NCBI GenBank assembly: GCA_051002135.1
Contig: JBPCMQ010000004.1
Location: 2,095-66,094, forward strand
Length of the DNA stretch: 64,000 bases
Direction: 5' to 3'
Source: Chloroflexota bacterium
GTDB taxonomy: Bacteria > Chloroflexota > UBA5177
This document shows positions 38,758-47,165 of this stretch, piece by piece. The notes below the pieces were generated by a model. It saw only the letters and a list, made by a program, of their open reading frames with translations, was not told the DNA's origin and did not search any database. Within the stretch, counting starts at the first letter, position 1; every line of letters starts with the position of its first letter. A program made the translations under genes and the position numbers.

Positions 38758-39015
38758 GTAGGCCGCGTGGTCACTCTCCGGCTGGTCCTTGGTATGTAGG
38801 TCCCGGTTGTCACGCTGTCGCGGGCAGAGGGGGCCATGGATGTTACTGGAGGGGAGACATACTACCGGCGAGCCGGAGAGGGACCGACGGCCTACACAGG
38901 TGTAAGGCCGGGCAGACTGCCCCTCGGGAGCCGGAGAGGGACCAAGCGGCCTACAGACTGTCGAGTGGACGGAGGCTACCTCTGGCGAGCCAGATAGGGA
39001 CCACGCGGCCTACCC
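38758..39015. repeat. Cluster of a ~28-bp repeat family, 'GAGCCGGAGAGGGACCNNNCGGCCTAC': one inverted copy plus three direct copies at ~59-60-bp spacing
   Basis: Inverted copy 38758-38785. Direct copies begin at 38869, 38927 and 38986, each followed by a 27-28-bp unique spacer. A solo copy occurs at 50294-50318. Confidence 0.7.
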
Positions 39016-39206
39016 GCGGTCACCAACTCGGATACTTCCCGGGACTCTGAAGAGGGGCCAGGGGGTGAGGGTACGCCGTATTTCTCGCGACTGTGGTACG
39101 GTAGGGAAATTGGGGAGAGGTAAACGCGATTGCGCGCGGCGCGGCCAGGGGCCGGCCGCCGTGTCTTGTCGGACTCAGGCTTCGTGAGAAGGACGGATTC
39201 GAAGCG

Positions 39207-40274
39207 ATGGCAACGGCTGTACCGCAAGGAAACGGTGATTCGAAGACCCTCCTTCAGGTAAAAGACCTTCGCACGTTTTTCTATACACGAGCCGGCGTTG
39301 TGAGGGCAGTTCAGGGTGTGGACTTTCATCTGGACAAGGGCGAGACGCTGGGCATCGTGGGTGAGTCGGGAAGTGGCAAGAGCGTAACCGCCATGTCCAT
39401 CATGCGGCTTATTCCGCAGCCACCGGGCCGTTTCGACAATGGCAATGTGATGTTCAACGATATTCCGATCATCGACGTTGTCCAGGTAAAACAGCCGAAC
39501 GGAGAGGTGCGTCGCATCGACAAGAGCATCTCAGATTCGCGGATGCGCCTTATCCGCGGCGGAGATATCTCTATGATCTTTCAGGACCCCATGACGTCCC
39601 TGAATCCACTCCTCACGATTGGCCGGCAGATCGCGGAAACGGTGCAAGAACATATGCACATGAACAAGAAAGACTCGTACGACCGCGCGACCGAGATGCT
39701 CGCCAGGGTAGGGATTCCGAGCCCGCGCGCCCGCCTGAAAGACTACCCCCATCAATTTAGCGGCGGAATGCGACAGCGCGTGATGATCGCCATCGCGCTG
39801 TCGACAAACCCGGATCTCCTGATAGCCGACGAGCCGACGACGGCCCTGGACGTGACTATCCAGGCACAGATTCTCGACCTGATGCGTGACCTCTCGAGCG
39901 AGTTCGGTTCCTCGGTCATCCTGATCACCCACGACCTCGGTGTCGTCGCCGGCATGGCGAATCGCGTTGCGGTGATGTACGCCGGCTACATTGTGGAGAC
40001 GGGAACGCTCGACGAGATCTTCTACACGGCGCGCCACCCGTACACGCATATGCTACTGCAGTCGATTCCGCGCGTCGATCAAGAGCGAGGATCGATGTTG
40101 AAGCCGATTCCGGGAGCCCCGCCGGACATGTTGACGCTCGGACCGGGCTGCCCCTTCGCGCCCCGCTGCCCCAATGTCCTGGACGTATGCCGGCAACAGA
40201 TGCCGCCGCTCGATCCCGTGTCTCCGGGACATCTTGCCGCCTGTTGGAATCCGGTGAAGGAGTCGCAAGCATGA
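39207..40274 (+). CDS. Oligopeptide/dipeptide ABC transporter ATP-binding protein (OppD/DppD-like)
   Basis: Walker A 'GESGSGKSV'. 'LSGGMRQR'. '[12 protein letters not shown]'. C-terminal oligopeptide-ABC extension carrying Cys residues. Confidence 0.85.
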   Translation: MATAVPQGNGDSKTLLQVKDLRTFFYTRAGVVRAVQGVDFHLDKGETLGIVGESGSGKSVTAMSIMRLIPQPPGRFDNGNVMFNDIPIIDVVQVKQPNGEVRRIDKSISDSRMRLIRGGDISMIFQDPMTSLNPLLTIGRQIAETVQEHMHMNKKDSYDRATEMLARVGIPSPRARLKDYPHQFSGGMRQRVMIAIALSTNPDLLIADEPTTALDVTIQAQILDLMRDLSSEFGSSVILITHDLGVVAGMANRVAVMYAGYIVETGTLDEIFYTARHPYTHMLLQSIPRVDQERGSMLKPIPGAPPDMLTLGPGCPFAPRCPNVLDVCRQQMPPLDPVSPGHLAACWNPVKESQA

Positions 40275-41314
40275 GTGCCGTAACGACGCTGATTGAGGCG
40301 CGAGGCGTAAACGTCCACTTCCCGATCAAGGGCGGCTTCTGGGGACGGCAGGTCGGGGCTGTACACGCGGTCAACGACGTCAATTTGGCGGTGCACGAGG
40401 GCGAAACGCTCGGTCTCGTGGGTGAGAGCGGCTCGGGCAAAACCACGCTCGGGCGCGCTTTGCTCAAGCTCGTTCCATCGACTGCCGGGCAGATCGCGTT
40501 TCAGGGTAAAGACATCACGCGCATGTCCCAGTCGCAGGTTCGACCGCTGCGCCAAGAGATGCAGATGATCTTTCAGGACCCCTTTGGCTCTCTCGATCCG
40601 CGCATGACCGTCTTCCAGATCGTGTCCGAGCCGCTGGAGAATTTCGGGCGAGGCAACAAGCGAGAACAGCGCGCCCAGGTGGCCGAGCTGCTCAGGATTG
40701 TCGGTCTCAACCCTGGACATATCAACCGGTACCCTCACGAGTTCAGCGGCGGTCAGCGTCAGCGCGTCGGAATCGCTCGTGCCATCGCTCTCCGTCCCAA
40801 GCTGGTGGTCGCCGATGAGGCGGTTTCAGCTCTCGACGTTTCGATTCAGGCTCAAATCCTCAACCTTCTCGAGAACCTTCAGCAGGAGTTTGGGCTCACC
40901 TACCTCTTCATCGCCCACAACCTCAGTGTCGTTCGGCACATCAGCGACCGGGTGGCCGTGATGTATCTGGGCAACGTCGTCGAGCTGGCGGACAGTGAAG
41001 AGCTGTACGGAGGCCCGTTACACCCGTACACCCAGGCCCTGATGTCGGCTATTCCTCTGCCGGATCCCATTCAAGAGCGCAGAAAAGAGCGCATTATCCT
41101 GCAGGGTGACATCCCGAGCCCGGTGAACCCGCCGCAGGCCTGCGTCTTCCACACGCGCTGCTTCAAAGCTCGGCCGATCTGCAGCGAGGTCACTCCGGCG
41201 TTTGAGGAAAAGCGCCCCGGTCATTGGGCAGCGTGCCATTTTGCCGACGTCCCCGGAGTGACCCGGCCTCAGGAGATCAAAGCGCCAATTCAGGCGTCTC
41301 CAGGGCAAGCGTAG
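40271..41314 (+). CDS. Oligopeptide/dipeptide ABC transporter ATP-binding protein (OppF/DppF-like)
   Basis: Walker A 'GESGSGKTT'. 'FSGGQRQR'. 'LVVADEAVSALD'. ATGA overlap with the upstream ATPase gene. Confidence 0.85.
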   Translation: MSAVTTLIEARGVNVHFPIKGGFWGRQVGAVHAVNDVNLAVHEGETLGLVGESGSGKTTLGRALLKLVPSTAGQIAFQGKDITRMSQSQVRPLRQEMQMIFQDPFGSLDPRMTVFQIVSEPLENFGRGNKREQRAQVAELLRIVGLNPGHINRYPHEFSGGQRQRVGIARAIALRPKLVVADEAVSALDVSIQAQILNLLENLQQEFGLTYLFIAHNLSVVRHISDRVAVMYLGNVVELADSEELYGGPLHPYTQALMSAIPLPDPIQERRKERIILQGDIPSPVNPPQACVFHTRCFKARPICSEVTPAFEEKRPGHWAACHFADVPGVTRPQEIKAPIQASPGQA

Positions 41315-41837
41315 AGCCTGTTTTTGCTCGAGCGCTAAATCGACGTCCATTGCCGTGCCGCACAACCCCTCGCGGCGCAGAGATCCTCGGATACGGAGCG
41401 GAGAGGCCGCGCGCATCCATACGGCATGAAGGGTGCGACTACCGACGACTGTGTGTGAGGTAGGGCGTTTTCTAAGGAGGGGCTGACGCTACAGGCGAGG
41501 TGTGAATGTCGAGAGACGCCTCAAAGACAAACGTCACCACGCGGATCCAATCTATGCCACGCCATGCCCGGCCTAAGCCAGCATCACCTTCTCTGGTTAC
41601 ATTTCAGGTCACCGGCTCGTTAGCAATGACAAGAGGGTGCATCCCATCTCCACGCGGAATGCTTCCTGCTACGAATCGTGGATTGAGATTCCCGGACGTG
41701 CGGTGCGCATGCGTGAAGTGACCGGGAAAGGGGGCAGCAACAGCAGCAGATACCAGGTAACAAACCCTACCTTTGTGGAGAGGGTAGCGGAACAACTACC
41801 AAAACTCGATTACCGACCCTTAGTTCTCAGGAGGAGA

Positions 41838-43538
41838 ATGTTGAGAAAACTTTCAACGAAGATTTTGAGCGTTGGCATTGCCGCCGCGTTCGCCGGAGGG
41901 GCATTCGCGACGGCGTCGTATACGACGTCGGCCAGCTCCGCCCGGCACACGACGCACGCCAGCATGGCGACGATTCGACTGGGCACGCTGACGACCGTAA
42001 CGTCGGCCCCCAATATCGACCCCTCCCAGGTGGGATCCGACTACCAGATCAACATGGAGACTCTGATTCACGCAGGTCTGCTGGTCCTGGGCACGGACAA
42101 CAAGATCCACAAAGACCTGGCGCTGAGCGTTAAGAGCAGCAAGGACCTCAAGACCTTCACGTTCACGATGCGGCCGGGATTGCGGTTCTCCAACGGCGAC
42201 AAAATCACGGCGGCGGACGTCGTGTTCTCGGTCAAGAGGGCATTGGCTCCAGCCGCGGCCTCACCGACCGCCATGACCTACGACGGGCTCATCCTGGGCG
42301 CCACGGAGTACAACGCGGGCAAGGCGACGACCCTCCCGGGCATCAAGGCGCTCAACAGCTCGACCGTCCAGGTCAAGCTCACGCAGAGTACGCCTTTCTT
42401 CCTGAAGACGTTCTCCTACGCCACGAACTTCGTGCTCGATCCCAAGGTGGAGTCGGGTCACAGCTCCGGGCCAAATAACAACTACATGACCACGACGTGC
42501 TCGGCGAACGTGGGAGCCGGACCGTTCAAGTTCGACTGCCTCGGCAACGCGGCCGGCCATGGATTCTACGTGGGCGGCAGGACACCGAGCTACACGGTGG
42601 TTCCGAACAAGTACTACTGGGGACCAAAACCGCACGTTAAGGTCTTCATGCCGGAGATTGCCACGACGGATACGGCGTATCGCGAATTCCTGTCCGGCCA
42701 GATCGACGAGTCCGCTATCCCCACGACCAACCTGGCGACTGCGAAGAAGACGAAGGCGTATCACTTCTCGAAGTCGACGGATATCACGTACATCGCGCCC
42801 AACACCCAGGCAGCTCCGTTCAACGACGTCAATTGCAGGTTGGCACTGGCCTACTCGATCAACCGCAACGCCATTGTCAAAGTGCTGCACAACGCTCCCA
42901 CGGCGCTGTACACGGTATTGCCGCCCGGCTTCCTCGGCCACATCTCCGGACACCCCAAGGGCGTTCCGTACTTCAACCCAACCCTGGCGAAGAAGTATCT
43001 GAGCAAGTGCCCGAGCAAGTCGACCCCCGTGAAGTACACGTACAACACGGGTAGCTCCGACGCCGATCATCTTGCCGCCGTCATCGTGGCCAACATGCAG
43101 GCCACCGGTTTCAACGCCAAGGTGAATGGAATCTCGGTTACCGACTGGGAGAATGACATCAGTCACCCCGAGAGCCAGTCAGGTTTGCAGGCCACGCGCT
43201 ACGGCTGGATCGAGGACTACCCGGATTCGCAGGACTACATGGATAACCTGTTCACGTCCACGGCCGCCGAGAACATCATGGGCTGGAAGAACGCGAAGTT
43301 CGACGCGCTGGTGAACAAGGCGGACTTCTACCACGGCAAGAACGTCACCACGACGCGGTCGAATCTCTACAAGCAGGCGCAGGCCATCTTGCTCAAGCAA
43401 GCCGCCGCAGTCCCGTATGACTCGGGTCCGTACTACACGCTCATCAATCCCAAGGTGAAGGGCCTGGGTATCTACATTTCCTACGACGAGATCTTTCCGG
43501 CGAACATCATGGACTGGTCGCACGTGAGTGTGAGCTAG
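41838..43538 (+). CDS. ABC transporter substrate-binding protein, family 5 (peptide/nickel type)
   Basis: RBS 'AGGAGG' 7 bp upstream of the ATG. Signal peptide 'MLRKLSTKILSVGIAAAFAGGAFA'. SBP_bac_5-like length and motifs. Confidence 0.8.
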   Translation: MLRKLSTKILSVGIAAAFAGGAFATASYTTSASSARHTTHASMATIRLGTLTTVTSAPNIDPSQVGSDYQINMETLIHAGLLVLGTDNKIHKDLALSVKSSKDLKTFTFTMRPGLRFSNGDKITAADVVFSVKRALAPAAASPTAMTYDGLILGATEYNAGKATTLPGIKALNSSTVQVKLTQSTPFFLKTFSYATNFVLDPKVESGHSSGPNNNYMTTTCSANVGAGPFKFDCLGNAAGHGFYVGGRTPSYTVVPNKYYWGPKPHVKVFMPEIATTDTAYREFLSGQIDESAIPTTNLATAKKTKAYHFSKSTDITYIAPNTQAAPFNDVNCRLALAYSINRNAIVKVLHNAPTALYTVLPPGFLGHISGHPKGVPYFNPTLAKKYLSKCPSKSTPVKYTYNTGSSDADHLAAVIVANMQATGFNAKVNGISVTDWENDISHPESQSGLQATRYGWIEDYPDSQDYMDNLFTSTAAENIMGWKNAKFDALVNKADFYHGKNVTTTRSNLYKQAQAILLKQAAAVPYDSGPYYTLINPKVKGLGIYISYDEIFPANIMDWSHVSVS

Positions 43539-43708
43539 GACACAGACACCGGTCAGATTCCAGGGGGCAGGTGTGCGTACGCCTGCCCCCTCTGGTCCCG
43601 AATCCTGATTTGTGGTGTCGACGGAAACGCGATGCGGCGCTATACTTCTACAGACAACCTCTCTACCTCCCGTCGCCTTTGCCGGCGTGACTCGTGGGAG
43701 CCCCTAGC

Positions 43709-44665
43709 ATGAATGCCATCCTTGTCTTTGCGGTCAAACGCTTTTTGGCTATGATCGTGATCATCTGGGTGATCGTCACCGTCGTTTTCTTTCTGGCTCA
43801 TCTGACCCCGTACGACCCGATCACGCTACTGCTCGGCGCCAAAGCGAGACAAGAGCACCTGGCCTACCTGCAATTGCGCCATCTGTACGGCCTTGACCAG
43901 ACGCTCTGGCAGCAGTACCTGAACTACACCGGAGGTTTGCTCCACGGCAATCTCGGCTACGCGGAGGAGCAGGGGGCGCTCGGAACCCCCGTCTGGTCCA
44001 TTCTGAGAAGTGGTGTGCCCGTATCGCTGAGACTTGGTGGCTACGCGCTGTTGGTGGCATTACTGGTTGGTCTGCCGGTGGGACTGATATCGGCCATCAA
44101 GCAGAATTCCGCGATCGATCATTTCAGCCAAACCGCGGTGATTGTGGCGTTCGCAGTGCCGTCGTTCGTGTTTGCTCCCATCTGTCAGCTCATTTTTGGC
44201 GTCGAGCTGAAGTGGCTCCCGGTGGCCGGTTGGGGCGATCCCGGCGTTCTCGGCCTAAAAGAGTTGATCATGCCAGTGTTGATATTTGCTGCAGGTTTGG
44301 CTGGTTTCTTCGCGAAGTCGTTTCGCAGCTTCATGCTCGAGGTCCTGGGCCAGGACTATATCCGTACCGCCAGGGCGAAGGGGCTCAAGGAACAAAGAGT
44401 TGTGATCCTGCACGCCATGAAGAACACGCTTATTCCGCTGGCAACCATCGTCGGCCCCATCCTCGCATTTCTGATCGTCGGCGCTTTCATTATCGAGCTG
44501 TTCTTCAGCATTCCAGGTATCGGAAATATTACCGTCAACGCGGTGATCGCTTCGGATTACCCGGTGATCGAGGCCACGACAATCCTGCTCGCCGTGGCGG
44601 TGGTGGTGGTGAATTTTCTCACCGACATTTTCTACGCGCTCATCGATCCGCGCGTAAGACTCTAG
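43709..44665 (+). CDS. ABC transporter permease (OppB/DppB-like)
   Basis: BPD_transp_1 EAA-like region 'IRTARAKGLKEQRVVILHAMKN'. Six TM helices. Confidence 0.85.
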   Translation: MNAILVFAVKRFLAMIVIIWVIVTVVFFLAHLTPYDPITLLLGAKARQEHLAYLQLRHLYGLDQTLWQQYLNYTGGLLHGNLGYAEEQGALGTPVWSILRSGVPVSLRLGGYALLVALLVGLPVGLISAIKQNSAIDHFSQTAVIVAFAVPSFVFAPICQLIFGVELKWLPVAGWGDPGVLGLKELIMPVLIFAAGLAGFFAKSFRSFMLEVLGQDYIRTARAKGLKEQRVVILHAMKNTLIPLATIVGPILAFLIVGAFIIELFFSIPGIGNITVNAVIASDYPVIEATTILLAVAVVVVNFLTDIFYALIDPRVRL

Positions 44666-44680
44666 GACAGGAGGAGACGC

Positions 44681-45667
44681 ATGGCACAGCGCCGGCAGGA
44701 CGTACCCAGCGAAAGCTTGCGGTCGACCGCGGGGCGGGAAATGGCATCGTCCGCAGCAAGCGTACTAGAGGCGGAGTCGGCGCCGCGACCCACCGCCGTA
44801 AGCTCTCCCCTCAAGGATGGGTTGCGGCGGTTTCGCCGCAACTGGGCGGCCATGATCAGTGGGATTACGATCATCGCTCTCATAGTCATGGCCATTTTCG
44901 CTCCGTTTCTGCATAGCGCCGATCCCCTGGCTCAGAATTATGACGCTTTGGGCATCGGGCCGACCTGGCAGCACTGGTTCGGGACCAACGGGCTGGGACA
45001 GGACCAATACAGCCGCGTCCTGTATGGTCTGCGCGTGCCGCTCATCGTCGGAATCGTGGGAACCGTTATCACGGTGATCCTTGGCGCCTTCTTCGGCGTC
45101 ATTGCCGGATATTTCGGCGGTGTCATCGATCAGCTTCTGGCTCGTTTTACCGACGTCATTTTTGCCTTCCCCGGGTTTACCCTGGCCCTCATCGTGGTCA
45201 GCCTGTACGGCGACGCGCTCAACTTCCTGGGTGGCTCCGGCCGGGTCGTTATCCTGACCATCGTGTTCGCCATTGTCGGCTGGCCTGGGCTGATGCGTTT
45301 TGTGCGCTCGCTCGCGCTTACCATGAAGGAGCAGCAGTTCGTGGAGGCGGCCCGGACCTCCGGCTCGTCGTCCTGGAAAATCATGACCCAGCACCTGTTG
45401 CCCAACATGTACGGGGTGATCCTGGTGCAGGCGAGCTTCCTGGTGGTGTTTTTTGTCACGACCGAGGCGGTCCTGAGCATCCTCGGACTGGGCGTTACCC
45501 CGCCGAACCCGGATATCGGACAGATGCTTTTCGACGGCGTGCAGAACATGGGCACAAATTACTGGCAGATGATCTTCCCGACGATGTTCCTCACGATCAT
45601 CATCCTGGCGTTTACCTTCTTCGGGGACGGAGTTCGCGACGCTGTCGACCCGCGCGGCCAGCCGTGA
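44681..45667 (+). CDS. ABC transporter permease (OppC/DppC-like)
   Basis: 'VEAARTSGSSSWKIMTQHLLPN' EAA motif. Polytopic. Confidence 0.85.
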   Translation: MAQRRQDVPSESLRSTAGREMASSAASVLEAESAPRPTAVSSPLKDGLRRFRRNWAAMISGITIIALIVMAIFAPFLHSADPLAQNYDALGIGPTWQHWFGTNGLGQDQYSRVLYGLRVPLIVGIVGTVITVILGAFFGVIAGYFGGVIDQLLARFTDVIFAFPGFTLALIVVSLYGDALNFLGGSGRVVILTIVFAIVGWPGLMRFVRSLALTMKEQQFVEAARTSGSSSWKIMTQHLLPNMYGVILVQASFLVVFFVTTEAVLSILGLGVTPPNPDIGQMLFDGVQNMGTNYWQMIFPTMFLTIIILAFTFFGDGVRDAVDPRGQP

Positions 45668-45827
45668 TCGCGTTCGCACGCCAGCCCCGCTGACGAGAAG
45701 GAGGAAGGAACGTCCTTGACGACGTGCCGCGGACGCCGACCAAAGCCCCGGGAATCGCGAGCGAGCACTCTCGCTTCGTAGGGTTGGCTCGCCTACCGGT
45801 CGTTGTGCGTGGCCGGCTTCCATTCCC

Positions 45828-47165
45828 ATGAACGATATCTATCGAGCCGCCATTGTCGGGGCGGGTCCGGGCGGGCTGATCGCTTTCACGACGTTGCGCT
45901 ATGCCGGGGTGCCGTCCGGCGAAATCATCGTCATGGACGACCGCGCTGTGCCGCTGCGTGCGTGGGCCGGACACACCGCCGCGATTCGGCAGGGATCCAT
46001 GAGGTCCGAATCGGAGGGCCATTTCTTCCCCACGGATTTGCCGGGCTTCGCCCAGATGGACGCCATCCATCATGCTTCGCTGGGCCCCCTGATCAAATCG
46101 ACCTTTAACCGATACACGCCGCCGCTGGACAGGGTGCTCCACCACGGAGAGGCTCTTGGTCGCCACTTTGGCATGTCGGAGCGCATCGAGCCCTCACGCA
46201 TCGCACGCGTGGTGCGAGAAGAAGGGCCGGTGGCGCACTTCGCTCTCTGCGATTCGGCAGGTGACGTCCGGGCACGTGCCAAGCATGTACTGTTGGCCCT
46301 GGGTCATGCGGATTTGCGCTGGCCGGACGTCTGCTCAGACCGGGCGGCGAGAGATGACCTCTCGGACCTGCTGTACCACGCCTACCAGCCGAAACCGTAC
46401 GGCCAGCGCCATGTCCTCGTGATCGGGAGCGGGATGGCCGCCGCGGGCGAATGGATCAATGTATTCCGCGCGGGCGGGTCGGTGGTGTCAATTCGCCGGT
46501 CGCCCCACATCGCGGAGCAAGCGTTGTCGGCGCCCCGCTGTGCATTCGGCGGTCCCTGGCTCGATCGCTATCATCGCCTTGAGGTCCCGGAGCGTCGGGC
46601 AGAGCTGGCAAAACTGGGCCGCGGCAGCTTTCCGCCGGATCCGAAATGGAAGAAGCCGATCCACCAGGCGCGGGCGGAGGGACAATTGCACCTACGCGTG
46701 GGCACGGTGGTGCGTCTGGAGCGGACGCCGCAGAACCGCGTCGCGGCACTCGTCCGGGATGGCGTGACATCAAGGGAAGACACGCTTGTTGCCGATATGG
46801 TGGTGGCGGCCACCGGGTTCTTGTCGGCCTGGCACGACTACGATATCCTCGATCGCCTGGTAAAGGAGTACCACCTCGACACGTACGCAAGCTACCTCGC
46901 GCTCGGCGACGACTGCGCCGTACCCGGCATCTCGCGGCTTGACTCGGTGTTGATGGTGAGTGGACCGGCGTCACGCTGGGCTTACCCAGCCGCCGATTCT
47001 TTTGCGGGCATGAAGTATGCGGCCCGCCGGTTCGGCAGGTATGCGGCGCCCGAAAAGCGGGCAGGTCCACGGTTTCGAACGTGGCTCGGCATGGTGCGTG
47101 CCGGGTGGCCATACACCGGGGCTGAGGACGGGTGGAGCGGGAGCGAATCATGTGCGTCTCCCTAA
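45828..47165 (+). CDS. FAD/NAD(P)-binding oxidoreductase, function unknown
   Basis: N-terminal Rossmann motif 'AAIVGAGPGGLIA'. A second dinucleotide motif 'HVLVIGSGMAAAGEW'. Confidence 0.55.
   Translation: MNDIYRAAIVGAGPGGLIAFTTLRYAGVPSGEIIVMDDRAVPLRAWAGHTAAIRQGSMRSESEGHFFPTDLPGFAQMDAIHHASLGPLIKSTFNRYTPPLDRVLHHGEALGRHFGMSERIEPSRIARVVREEGPVAHFALCDSAGDVRARAKHVLLALGHADLRWPDVCSDRAARDDLSDLLYHAYQPKPYGQRHVLVIGSGMAAAGEWINVFRAGGSVVSIRRSPHIAEQALSAPRCAFGGPWLDRYHRLEVPERRAELAKLGRGSFPPDPKWKKPIHQARAEGQLHLRVGTVVRLERTPQNRVAALVRDGVTSREDTLVADMVVAATGFLSAWHDYDILDRLVKEYHLDTYASYLALGDDCAVPGISRLDSVLMVSGPASRWAYPAADSFAGMKYAARRFGRYAAPEKRAGPRFRTWLGMVRAGWPYTGAEDGWSGSESCASP

Noticed and set aside
38869-39015. A bona fide CRISPR array (28-bp repeats with ~28-bp spacers)
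   Set aside because: Only three direct units with 3-5 mismatches each. An inverted copy and a solo copy 11 kb away indicate a dispersed repeat family. No cas genes or leader-like AT-rich sequence in the window.
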